DNA from: Dehalococcoidia bacterium
Lineage (GTDB): Bacteria > Chloroflexota > Dehalococcoidia > Lucifugimonadales > UBA3495
Assembly: GCA_012959605.1 (NCBI GenBank)
Contig: DUCU01000095.1
Coordinates: 5,718-69,717 of the forward strand
Reading direction: 5' to 3'
DNA: 64,000 nt
Positions 37,445-46,257 of this stretch are shown here, one piece after another; the first letter of the stretch is position 1, and the number at the start of each line of letters is the position of its first letter. The notes beneath the pieces were generated by a model that was not told the origin of the DNA, ran no database searches, and was given only the letters and a program-made list of their open reading frames with translations. The position numbers were made by a program, and so were the translations under genes.

Positions 37445-38407
37445 TTGGCAGATCAGCCCCCACATATGTACGGCGGCCAAGCCGTTATTGAAGGCGTAAT
37501 GATTCGCGGCCGGGACCACTTTGGCCTGGCAGTGCGCCGTGAAGACGGTTCCATTGAACTGCATCACGAGCCGTTGAGTGCGCTTTACAACGGACGTCCC
37601 CGCCGTTGGCCACTTGTCAGGGGCTTCCTCACCTTGTTGGAGACGATGTTGCTTGGGATCAAGACCCTGCAACTCTCGGCTAACATGGCGGCTATAGACC
37701 GAGACCCAGACGCCGAAGAAGGCATACCCGCTTGGGTCATGGCATCAACACTGGGAATCTCACTGGTCTTTGGCATTGGTCTCTTCTTCATCACCCCGCT
37801 GATGATTGCCTGGGTTCTGAATCCGGTATTGAACTCGGACTTGCTCAGCGAGATTGTTGAAGGTGTGATCCGGATGGTGTTCCTCCTTGTTTACATCACT
37901 CTGATCGGCAGACTGAACGACGTTAAACGCGTGTTTGCTTATCACGGCGCAGAACATATGACCGTCCACGCCCTTGAAGCCAACCTCCCGCTGACGGTGG
38001 AAAACGTGCGGAAATTTGGAACGCCCCACGCCCGCTGCGGTACAGCGTTCTTGCTTACGGTAGTGGTGGTATCGGTGGTGGTTTTCGCTCTGCTGTTGGG
38101 CCCTCCCCTGGAATGGCGAATCGCCTCTCGCATATTTCTGTTGCCCGTCATTGCTGCGGTGAGCTACGAGTTCCTCAGGTTCAGCGGCACCCACCAGGAC
38201 GCATGGTTTGGCAAGATGATCGCCCAACCTGGCCTCTGGCTGCAGAAGCTCACCACCAGGGAACCTGACGATGCGCAGATTGAAGTGGCGATTAAAGCCA
38301 TGCAGATAGCCATTGCCGCCGATGCAGGTGAGCCTATCGCCAAGAGAATACCGTCGGCCGACTCGCCGTTATCGCCGCCCGATGAAGCAGCGTCAGACGA
38401 TCGATAG
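37445..38407 (+). CDS. DUF1385-domain membrane protein (YqhQ-like)
   Basis: GGQAVIEGVMIRG, YHGAEH, REPD motifs. Commonly follows rpmE. Start is either TTG 37445 or ATG 37466. Confidence 0.8.
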   Translation: MADQPPHMYGGQAVIEGVMIRGRDHFGLAVRREDGSIELHHEPLSALYNGRPRRWPLVRGFLTLLETMLLGIKTLQLSANMAAIDRDPDAEEGIPAWVMASTLGISLVFGIGLFFITPLMIAWVLNPVLNSDLLSEIVEGVIRMVFLLVYITLIGRLNDVKRVFAYHGAEHMTVHALEANLPLTVENVRKFGTPHARCGTAFLLTVVVVSVVVFALLLGPPLEWRIASRIFLLPVIAAVSYEFLRFSGTHQDAWFGKMIAQPGLWLQKLTTREPDDAQIEVAIKAMQIAIAADAGEPIAKRIPSADSPLSPPDEAASDDR

Positions 38408-38479
38408 CCTGTTGCGCCAATCACTTGTGACGTTTCTGACTAACACCTTTGATAGCGGGCTGCAGTTGAATGACCCGAA

Positions 38480-39830
38480 ATGAGCACCGCTAGTAGTTCA
38501 GTCCCGCTATCTTATTGGGCTCGCGTTTCCGAACTCCTGCGCAAACCATGGTTCCGGTGGTTTTGGCTGGGCAGTTCCACTCAGGCAATCGGACAAGCTA
38601 CCCAGTTTCTGGTGATTGGCTGGTTGGTGCTGGAAGTGACCGGTTCTTCGACCGAACTTGGTCTGGTGATTTTCCTCTACGGCGTGCCAAACGTAACTTT
38701 CTTGTTGATCGCCGGTATCGTTGCCGACCGGTTTGATCGTCGCTATGTGTTGATGGTGACCCAGGCCTGGCGTTGGCTTTATAATTGTCGCCCTGGCTGT
38801 CTTGACGCTGATCGATGCGGTTCTCATTTGGCATATCTACGTTGCCGCGGCCATGCTCGGCATCGTGCAATCCCTCAATATGCCGGCCCGGATGACCATG
38901 GTGTCCGACCTGGTTGAGCAACGATCGATACTGGACGTGGTAGCACTGCAAAACGCTGCCGTCCACGCCGGACGCATGGTTGGCCCACCGGTAACCGGAG
39001 TCATTATTGAGATTTGGAGTCTGAGCGCTAGCCTCTTTGTGATCGCTAGGTGTTACGCGGTGAGTATTATCTGCGTGGCCAAAATTGGTCGCACTGCCCA
39101 GGCTGTCAAAGCTACAAATGGGTCGGTATTCAGAAACTTTGCCGACGGTATTTCCTACATTAAGAACAATCCGGTGGTGCTCACGGCAATCGTCATTACC
39201 TGTTCCTTTGGCGGGTTTGGAATGTCGCACCAACAAGTAATACCTGCCATGGCCAAAGAGGCTCTGGGGGTGGGCGCGGCCGGTGTAGGACTGCTATTTT
39301 TGGCCTCGGGCATCGGTTCGTTCTTGGGTAACTTCTTATTGCCGATTATTGGCACCACCAAAGTCTATCGCTCCCTACTGATAAACCTGGTCCTATTTGC
39401 CATTTTCCTGTCGGTTTTCTCATGGTCTAGCTGGTTCTGGGTGCCATGGGTGCTCTTCCTGCTGGTGGGGTTGATTGGCTTGGGCTCGGTCTGGCCGCTG
39501 GCGACCTCTTTGATTCAGCTTGAATCACCCGCTGAAATGAAAGGCAGAGTGATGGGGATACTGCAATTCACTCCCGGGTTCCATTTTTTGGGCGCCTATC
39601 CGTTGGCTTTGGCCGCCGAACAATTTGGGTGGGGAGTGGCGATGACCGCCACTGCTGTGGCAACACTGGTGGTGACCATTTGGTTCGGCGTGATTCGCGG
39701 CAGCGCCCCTGCGGTGAATATTCAAATAAACAAAGGGAATTCTGCGGAATTAATAAGGTTGAGACCAACGGTCAAAAGAAAAGAGACTTTCCAATATTGG
39801 AAGGTCTATTTTGGTTTAAGCCTATTTTGA
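38480..39830 (+). pseudogene. MFS transporter (MFS_3/EntS-like) interrupted by a single-nucleotide frameshift near 38768
   Basis: Frame 1 reads a plausible MFS N-terminus up to ...DRFDRRYVLMVTQA. Frame 2 continues GVGFIIVALAVLTLIDAVLIWHIYVAAAMLGIVQSLNMPAR... Removing T38768 gives one 449-aa ORF. Confidence 0.75.
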
Positions 39831-39832
39831 GC

Positions 39833-41128
39833 TTAGCTGAGGTTCCAGCGGGGTTCACTCTGAACTTGTTCCTTGAGGTAGTCGACAATCCATTCTTTAA
39901 CCTCGTTGGCGATGTAAAAGGTGGGTTTCACCAACTCACTTTCGTCCTTGATCAGCCCTTCCTGTTTGGCAATGAGTGCGACTTCTGTTCCCGGCATCAC
40001 ACTAACGCCAACCCGCAGGCTGGCTAAGGCGGGGTTCACGCTGCGAAGGAAATCGAGCTTGTTGTCCACGCTCTCCCGCGTCTCGCCGGGCTCGCCGAAC
40101 TGCTTCCCGAGGTTGTAATGCAGGCCGCCTTCGTCGCACATCCGGCAGACTTCGGCCAGTGCGTCGTTTTCCTCGACCATGCTGCCCATGTCACCTGGGT
40201 TACCGCTGCGGTTGACCATCATCACCAACCCGCAGCCCGCATCTTTCATCAGGCCGATCAGTTCGGTGTCGCAGTCGAACGGTGCCAGGCAGGTGTTCCA
40301 TCGAATGTTAATGTCAGCTTCGATTATCGCGCTGCAGAGGGACTTGGCATGGTCTAGGGGTAGGTTAAAACCGTTGTCCACAAAGAAAACCTTCTTCATG
40401 TCGAATCGGTCTTTCATGCTTTTGACCTCGGCCACGACTTCATCGATGGGCCGAATCACCCGCCAGCCAGACTCGTCGATCTGTGCGTCGGACGCGTTGG
40501 CCGGGTAATAGAAACCGCCCAGCTTTGTGAGGATGCCAATGCCGAAGCCGGCTTTGTTGTACCGCGCCATGTCCAAGTCTTCCAGCCGGGGAGATTGGGC
40601 GAAAGCAGAGGTGCAATAGCCTTCGTTTCTAATGGTATGACCGTCTTTCTTGTAGACCAAACCCGGAAGGTCAAAGTAACTGGGCTCGCCGATTTCGATG
40701 CTCTCTGCCAGCGCGGCGAAAGTCTCACCGGCATCACCGGCCAGACCAATGTCACAGCCCAGGTATTCGAAGCATTCGGTTGGCATGATGCTGAAAGCTG
40801 GGCCGCCGCAGACAATGACCGCGTCACTGATGGTGCGGATGCGGTCAATGACCTCTTTGCTGTGAGGCAAGGCCCAGATAGTGTTCAAGTAGCTGTGGTT
40901 GCTCAGGTTTCTGACCGACATTCCAACCATCTGGGGTTGGAACTCTTTGACTGTGGCTTCGACGTCAGCCAGATGGTCATCGGAAAACATGAGGTCTAGA
41001 ACTTTAACTTCGTGGCGCTCGTGGTCCAGGTGCCCGGCGATGTAGGCCAAACCTATCGGCATCGGCTGGGCGTTTAATCTACTTTGATACCTATTGTTGC
41101 GGTTGGTGGCGATGAGTAGGACGCGCAT
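39833..41128 (-). CDS. B12-binding-domain / radical-SAM-like protein lacking the CxxxCxxC motif
   Basis: 431 aa. N-terminal MRVLLIATN....PMPIGLAYIAGHL...HEVKVLD...VIVCGGPAFS matches the class-B rSAM B12 domain. The TIM-barrel-like remainder has no Cys triad. Confidence 0.6.
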   Translation of the reverse strand: MRVLLIATNRNNRYQSRLNAQPMPIGLAYIAGHLDHERHEVKVLDLMFSDDHLADVEATVKEFQPQMVGMSVRNLSNHSYLNTIWALPHSKEVIDRIRTISDAVIVCGGPAFSIMPTECFEYLGCDIGLAGDAGETFAALAESIEIGEPSYFDLPGLVYKKDGHTIRNEGYCTSAFAQSPRLEDLDMARYNKAGFGIGILTKLGGFYYPANASDAQIDESGWRVIRPIDEVVAEVKSMKDRFDMKKVFFVDNGFNLPLDHAKSLCSAIIEADINIRWNTCLAPFDCDTELIGLMKDAGCGLVMMVNRSGNPGDMGSMVEENDALAEVCRMCDEGGLHYNLGKQFGEPGETRESVDNKLDFLRSVNPALASLRVGVSVMPGTEVALIAKQEGLIKDESELVKPTFYIANEVKEWIVDYLKEQVQSEPRWNLS

Positions 41129-41296
41129 TCAGTCCTCCATTTTGACTGACGGCCCAAGCTAGGCCGAGTGTGACCGCCTGATTATCACCCATGGTCTTCT
41201 GAATTACAAAGGGCCGTTTGGATCGTTGTGGTGAGGTTTTCTCCAAGCATTCCAATTTCGCCGTAATCAGAAGTTGCCGCGCTAACCATCGTTGAC

Positions 41297-41311
41297 AACT
41301 AATGATTATTA
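41297..41311. promoter_or_regulatory. Fur-box-like 7-1-7 element next to a TTGACA hexamer upstream of the P450
   Basis: AACTAATGATTATTA matches 10 of 14 defined positions of TGATAATNATTATCA (consensus from memory). TTGACA lies at 41292-41297. Confidence 0.35.
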
Positions 41312-41365
41312 TATTAGGGTTTCAGGAACTATATTCAGGCTTAAATTGACGCTTTTGGGGGCGAA

Positions 41366-42589
41366 ATGGTAACGACTATCAACGATGATATGTTCACCGC
41401 AGACGTTATTCAGGATCCCTATCGCTATTACGGTCGCATCAGAGATGAAGACCCGGTGCACTGGAATGAACTTTACGAATTATGGGTGATTACCAGGCAC
41501 GATGACTTGGTCTGGCTAACCCGTAATCACGAACAATTCTCGAGCGACGTGTTCCTCAACGATCCGCGGCCGGCGTATCCGGCAATCTACGAGTCAGACA
41601 CTGAACTTTATGACTTCGTGCGAAACTACCAGGGCAAACAATTCATACAGTATGATCGCCCAGAACATTTGGAAATGCGGAAAGTCGTTCACACTTACTT
41701 CTCGCCCAAGTCCATGGAAGAATGGCGGCCTTTGGTCAAATCTGCTGTCGCCGACCTTCTGGACGCGGCCGAAGCCAGAGGAGACGGTGTGGATTTGATG
41801 CGAGACTTGGCAATCCCCCTGCCTGTGCTTGTCATCGCAGAGATGATGGGTGTGCCCGAAGAAGAGAGACCCCACATCCGGATGTTGGCGGAGAAGCTAC
41901 TCAACATCGGCCGGGGCGAACCTGACCGGATGCGTCCATTGACGGAAGGCATGCAGGGGATGTTGGACTATGTTAATCCCTTGGTCGACGAACGTATGGA
42001 TAACCCCAAGGACGATTTCATATCGGTGTTGGCCGGAGGCGAGAAAGCAGGCGTCTTTACTCGTGAGCAGGTGTTGGTCAACACAGGGTTGCTGCTGTTA
42101 GCTGGTCACGAGACCACAATCAACTTGATCTGTAACGGCACTACGGCCTTCATGAACAACCGCGACCAATGGGATCTCCTGAAGGCCGATCCTCAAGGCC
42201 TGATGGTCCGTGCCACCGAGGAAGCTCTGCGCTATGACTCCCCTGTGAAGTCTATCCAACGCATCGCATCAGAGGACGTTGAGATGCGCGGGAAGCAAAT
42301 CAAGAAGGACGACCGTATACGGTGGTTTATATCCTCCGCAAACCGCGACCCGAACAAATTCGAAAACCCGAACACTATGGACATCACCCGTTGGCCCAAC
42401 CCCCACGTGGCTTTCGGCTCCGGTGTCCACCACTGCTTGGGCGCAACGATAGCCAGAGTTGAAGGCCAGGAAATTTTCAGCGCGCTGGCAGAGCGGTATC
42501 CCAACCTAGAGTTGAAGAACTCTCAGACTGAGTATCAATCGAGTATCACCTTCCGCTCTGTAAAGGAATTGCCTGTCTCTCTCGGCTAA
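41366..42589 (+). CDS. Cytochrome P450
   Basis: 407 aa. Heme-thiolate loop FGSGVHHCLGATIA, I-helix AGHETT, ExxR (EALR). Confidence 0.95.
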   Translation: MVTTINDDMFTADVIQDPYRYYGRIRDEDPVHWNELYELWVITRHDDLVWLTRNHEQFSSDVFLNDPRPAYPAIYESDTELYDFVRNYQGKQFIQYDRPEHLEMRKVVHTYFSPKSMEEWRPLVKSAVADLLDAAEARGDGVDLMRDLAIPLPVLVIAEMMGVPEEERPHIRMLAEKLLNIGRGEPDRMRPLTEGMQGMLDYVNPLVDERMDNPKDDFISVLAGGEKAGVFTREQVLVNTGLLLLAGHETTINLICNGTTAFMNNRDQWDLLKADPQGLMVRATEEALRYDSPVKSIQRIASEDVEMRGKQIKKDDRIRWFISSANRDPNKFENPNTMDITRWPNPHVAFGSGVHHCLGATIARVEGQEIFSALAERYPNLELKNSQTEYQSSITFRSVKELPVSLG

Positions 42590-42622
42590 ACAGCGGGCCA
42601 TTCGCGGATATTGAGCACAAAT

Positions 42623-42660
42623 ACTGGCTCCCGGTGACATTGACACCGGGAGCCAGTTTA
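42623..42660 (+). terminator. Terminator-like hairpin after the P450
   Basis: ACTGGCTCCCGGTG-ACATTGA-CACCGGGAGCCAGT followed by TTA (14-bp stem, weak U-tail). Confidence 0.6.
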
Positions 42661-42758
42661 CATATCGTGATATCGTTGCCAGTACAGCTTTCAGTCATTC
42701 ATTTTCAGGTTGATTGGGCTTCAGTTAAGTGCCTGGGATATTTGAGGAAGGGTTGAGG

Positions 42759-42827
42759 ATGGGCCGTATGTTCGGGGCGAATTACACAGGCATCACCGCT
42801 ACTGTTTCCTCGGTGTTTGCCAGATGA
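42759..42827 (+). CDS. Possible 22-codon upstream ORF (MGRMFGANYTGITATVSSVFAR)
   Basis: Strong Shine-Dalgarno GAGGAAGGGTTGAGG immediately upstream. Its TGA overlaps the ATG of the next gene (ATGA at 42824-42827). Confidence 0.3.
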   Translation: MGRMFGANYTGITATVSSVFAR

Positions 42828-43438
42828 GCACAACATCAGGAAACGGCTCTGGCCAGTTGATGGAACGTAGAGTGGGAGAGGTAGTAGAGTCCACCTCAAC
42901 CTCGTTCGTAGCCCAGTGCTATCAACTGGAAGGCGCCCCAGCACTGGGCGGACTGGTGCGCACCGATTCGCCAGACATCTACGGCGTTGTTGGAACCGTG
43001 ACCACCGAACCGTTGGACTCAGCCCGCCCGGTGTTGGCCAGGGGCGAAGATGCCGATTCTGAAGAAGATGTCATTCGAGACAATCCCCAACTGGCCCGGC
43101 TGCTGACTTCGAGGTTCGAAGTCTACATCGCCGGACACATTGAAGACGGCATCACCCGGCAGTACCTCCCGCCGAGACCACCCCGTGTTCACTCGTTCGT
43201 TTACGCCTGTAATCCAGAGGAGATAGCCGGGTTCACCAGCCAGCTCGATTTGTTGCGGCTTTTGCTAAATTCAGGTGCATCCCACGCCGATGAGATAGTT
43301 GGAGCTTGTATCCGCCAGGCGGCCTCCTCCCATGACCAGCCCAACTATTTTCTGGCGCAAGCCTGTCGGACGCTGTCTGTGGAACTAGCTGCCGATGTTG
43401 CCCGGTTGAATGCCATCCTGCGGAGAATCTCACCGTGA
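42824..43438 (+). CDS. Hypothetical protein with HAS-barrel-like N-terminus; partner of the HerA-like ATPase
   Basis: 204 aa. VGEVVESTSTSFVAQCY...GGLVRT...IYGVVGTVTTE resembles the N-terminal barrel of HerA/F1-type ATPases. Acidic loop and helical C-terminus. No NTPase or nuclease motif seen. Confidence 0.55.
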   Translation: MSTTSGNGSGQLMERRVGEVVESTSTSFVAQCYQLEGAPALGGLVRTDSPDIYGVVGTVTTEPLDSARPVLARGEDADSEEDVIRDNPQLARLLTSRFEVYIAGHIEDGITRQYLPPRPPRVHSFVYACNPEEIAGFTSQLDLLRLLLNSGASHADEIVGACIRQAASSHDQPNYFLAQACRTLSVELAADVARLNAILRRISP

Positions 43439-45120
43439 CGCTGTTCGATAAATCAAACGGTAATTCAAACGGCGAAACCAATGGAACCGACTTGAGTCAG
43501 ATTGTTGCCCAGCGTGGCCAGCCGTTGGGAATGGTCATCGAGGGCTCAGTTTCCAACGGGGTTGAGGTCCGCCTGGACCCAGGTGTTTCTGTGGAGCAGA
43601 TAAAAGTCGGGACATTTGTGACTCTGCAGGGTAGCGACAACCGCTTTTTTGGTGTGGTAACTGACATTGGCTTGGGTAGCACCGACCCACGCATGAAATA
43701 CACACCCTTGCCATCAGATGACCCGTTTGTAATCCAGGCGTTGCAGGGCACCGTAGCCTTTGGCACCGTGTCGGTGCTGCCTCAATTGACCCTGCCCGAT
43801 GTGGTCGGAGACGAGCAAGGCCCCGCGGCGGCCAAGAGCATCCCCGCCCACTTCTCCCGGGCCTACACTGCCTCCCAAGAGGACGTCGAAACGGTCTTCG
43901 GCAGTGAAGAAGGCGGTAATTTCTGGATTGGTAGCCCCCTTGATATGGAGACCAAACTCTGCCTAGACTTGGGCGAGTTGGTAAAACGGTCCATGGGCAT
44001 ATTCGGCAAGAGCGGCACCGGTAAGACCTTTCTCACCAGATTGTTGCTGACCGGCATTGTGCAGAGTGGCCAGGCGTCGTCACTGATCTTTGACATGCAC
44101 AGCGAATATGGTTGGCAGGGACAAGACACCGACAAAGGCGTCACGGTCAAAGGCCTGAAACAGCTTTTCGGCGCCAAAGTCTCCACGTTTACACTGGATG
44201 AAGAACACTCTCGGCGGCGGGGCCTTTCCACCGACGAAACCGTGAAACTGGGGTTCAACCACATCGAACCTGAGGACGTGGACCTGCTTAGGGAGTCGCT
44301 GAACCTGTCTGAAGTTGCAGCCTCTGCTGCCTACAACCTGCGGGAGAAGTTCGGCGAGGACAGCTGGCTCAAGGAATTCTTGGACGCCGGCAAGAACGGC
44401 TCGTTGTTGGAATTGGCTGAAGAACTGCAAGTCAACGCTGGCGCGTTGCGAGCGCTCTACAACCGAATGGGCCGGTTCACTCGCCACGGGTTCATGGTCG
44501 AGCACAGTCGTGTGGACACCGCCGCCCAGATGATTGAGCATCTGGAGCGCGGACAGCATGTGGTGTTGGAGTTTGGCCGCTATGGCGATGACGAAGCCGC
44601 TTACATCCTGGTCAGCAACCTGCTCACCCGCCGTATCCACCGCAAGTACGTCGAGGCCAAAGAGTCGGCGATGGGAGGTGCAGGCAAAGAGCCGCGTCCG
44701 CTGGTCATAGTTATTGAAGAGGCGCACAAGTTCCTGAATACAGCCGTTGCCTCACAGACCATCTTCGGAATCATCGCCAGAGAACTCAGAAAGTACAACG
44801 TGACTCTGATGGTAATCGACCAACGACCCAGCGGCATCGACTCTGAGGTTCTCAGTCAGGTGGGCACCAGGTTTAGTTGCCTGTTGGACAACGAACGAGA
44901 CATTGATGCCGTGCTTTCGGGGACTTCAGGCAGCCGGGCGCTCCGCTCGGTCTTGTCGCGATTGGAATCCAAACAACAGGCGCTGGTGTTTGGTCATGCC
45001 CTGCCGCTGCCGGTGGTGGTGCGCATCCGTGAATACGGGACTGCGTTCTACGAGACCATCCAAGGCGGCGGCGATTCGGATGAAGAGAAAAAGCGCAAAG
45101 TGGATGAACTTTTTGGCTAG
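43435..45120 (+). CDS. HerA/FtsK-superfamily ATPase (DUF87-type helicase HerA-like)
   Basis: 561 aa. Barrel-like N-terminus (GMVIEGSVSNGVEVRL...FFGVVTDI), Walker A GKSGTGKT, Walker B region LVIVIEEAHKF, NVTLMVIDQRPS. GTG start overlaps the upstream stop (GTGA). Confidence 0.8.
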   Translation: MTLFDKSNGNSNGETNGTDLSQIVAQRGQPLGMVIEGSVSNGVEVRLDPGVSVEQIKVGTFVTLQGSDNRFFGVVTDIGLGSTDPRMKYTPLPSDDPFVIQALQGTVAFGTVSVLPQLTLPDVVGDEQGPAAAKSIPAHFSRAYTASQEDVETVFGSEEGGNFWIGSPLDMETKLCLDLGELVKRSMGIFGKSGTGKTFLTRLLLTGIVQSGQASSLIFDMHSEYGWQGQDTDKGVTVKGLKQLFGAKVSTFTLDEEHSRRRGLSTDETVKLGFNHIEPEDVDLLRESLNLSEVAASAAYNLREKFGEDSWLKEFLDAGKNGSLLELAEELQVNAGALRALYNRMGRFTRHGFMVEHSRVDTAAQMIEHLERGQHVVLEFGRYGDDEAAYILVSNLLTRRIHRKYVEAKESAMGGAGKEPRPLVIVIEEAHKFLNTAVASQTIFGIIARELRKYNVTLMVIDQRPSGIDSEVLSQVGTRFSCLLDNERDIDAVLSGTSGSRALRSVLSRLESKQQALVFGHALPLPVVVRIREYGTAFYETIQGGGDSDEEKKRKVDELFG

Positions 45121-46064
45121 GCCAAACACCTAACGGGACGCCCGCCGTTCAGTGAGACCATGTCAGAAACCATGGGTGCCAAGTCCAACTTAGTGCCGGC
45201 TGGTTCCCAGCGTAACTCTGAGTAGGCACGGTGCAGGTTCCCTGCAATGCGTTCGGCGTCGTGCCACTCGGAGAACCGGCCCAGGTCAGTCTGACGTGAG
45301 GCGTCCAATGGCGTTAATCCGGCTTCAAAAGCCTCCCTGGCAGTGTCCTGGATCAACGTCAGGTAGGCTTCAACATCGTCCATAACTTTAGGGCCACAGA
45401 CCGAGCCATGCCCTGGGATGATGGTTTCAGCGCCCAATTCTCGGAGCCGCTTGATTGCCTGCAAGGAACCCGACACCGAACCCATCGCCACAAACGGGGT
45501 TCCCTGGTTGAACAGCAAATCACCGGCGAAGAGTAGTTTTCGTTCTGGCAACCAGGCCACGATGTCATTGGTCGTGTGCGCCGGCCCCATGAAAATCAAC
45601 TCAATCTTGAGATCGCCGTCAGTCCCCGCGTAGATGTCCATCTGGTCTTTGAAGGTTATGGTCGGCGGGGCCAGTTCCAAGTCGCCCCATTCCACATTAG
45701 GGAATAGGGGATGCAGCGACTGTAAACCGGTCTCGATGACCGTCTCTCGGCACAATTCATGCCCAATGATCGAAGCATCAGTCACTAAATAATTACCGTG
45801 AGTGTGGTCACCGTGATGGTGGGTGTTGATCAGAGTTTTCATGGGCAGCGGCGACACCCGACGCACGGCTTCTAAGTAGGATCGAGTCCGTGCCTCAGTG
45901 AAGCAGGTGTCAATCATGGTCAGGCCGTTTGGGCCCTTGATGAAGCCGGTGTTATTCAGGCCCCAGCTTCCGTCCAGTTGGACGTAGGCGTAAATGCCGG
46001 GATTAACCTCCTCCATAGTCGGAGTAGGCAACTGGGAAGAGCTGCGGGCGTGGCCAGTGCTCAT
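45117..46064 (-). CDS. MBL-fold metallo-hydrolase
   Basis: NTHHHGDHTHGN motif. I chose the ATG at 46064 (AAGGAAAACAC upstream) over the ORF-track start at 46223. Its stop overlaps the HerA-like stop by 4 nt, convergently. Confidence 0.85.
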   Translation of the reverse strand: MSTGHARSSSQLPTPTMEEVNPGIYAYVQLDGSWGLNNTGFIKGPNGLTMIDTCFTEARTRSYLEAVRRVSPLPMKTLINTHHHGDHTHGNYLVTDASIIGHELCRETVIETGLQSLHPLFPNVEWGDLELAPPTITFKDQMDIYAGTDGDLKIELIFMGPAHTTNDIVAWLPERKLLFAGDLLFNQGTPFVAMGSVSGSLQAIKRLRELGAETIIPGHGSVCGPKVMDDVEAYLTLIQDTAREAFEAGLTPLDASRQTDLGRFSEWHDAERIAGNLHRAYSELRWEPAGTKLDLAPMVSDMVSLNGGRPVRCLA

Positions 46065-46257
46065 GTGTTTTCCTTTTAAGCGGGGTGGTAAAACGAGGCC
46101 GTAAAACCAGGTTGGAACAAATATAGGGGCAGCCAAGGTGGCGGTCAACCGGCAGCCAGAGCCTTTTAACCGGGTCGGAGCCACCGCTATAATTTGCCAT
46201 ATACGTCTGTGCTCCCGATTCAACCATTAAGTTGACCACCCTTTAGGAGGAAACCCC

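Noticed and set aside
37497-37504. Fourth copy of the TAATGATT core
   Set aside because: It lies inside the DUF1385 coding sequence, encoding the conserved G-V-M-I of GVMIRG. That is best explained by codon constraints and chance, not by an operator.
38598-39236. 212-aa minus-strand ORF
   Set aside because: It is antisense to the frameshifted MFS transporter. The hydrophobic-segment periodicity is on the plus strand.
44080-44727. 215-aa minus-strand ORF inside the HerA-like gene
   Set aside because: It is antisense to a region with clear Walker B and HerA motifs. It has no start context and an antisense-type composition.
46065-46223. 53-codon N-terminal extension of the MBL hydrolase
   Set aside because: ATG 46064 has an AAGGA ribosome-binding site. 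The extension overlaps the divergent promoter region of the S9 peptidase and has no signal-peptide features.
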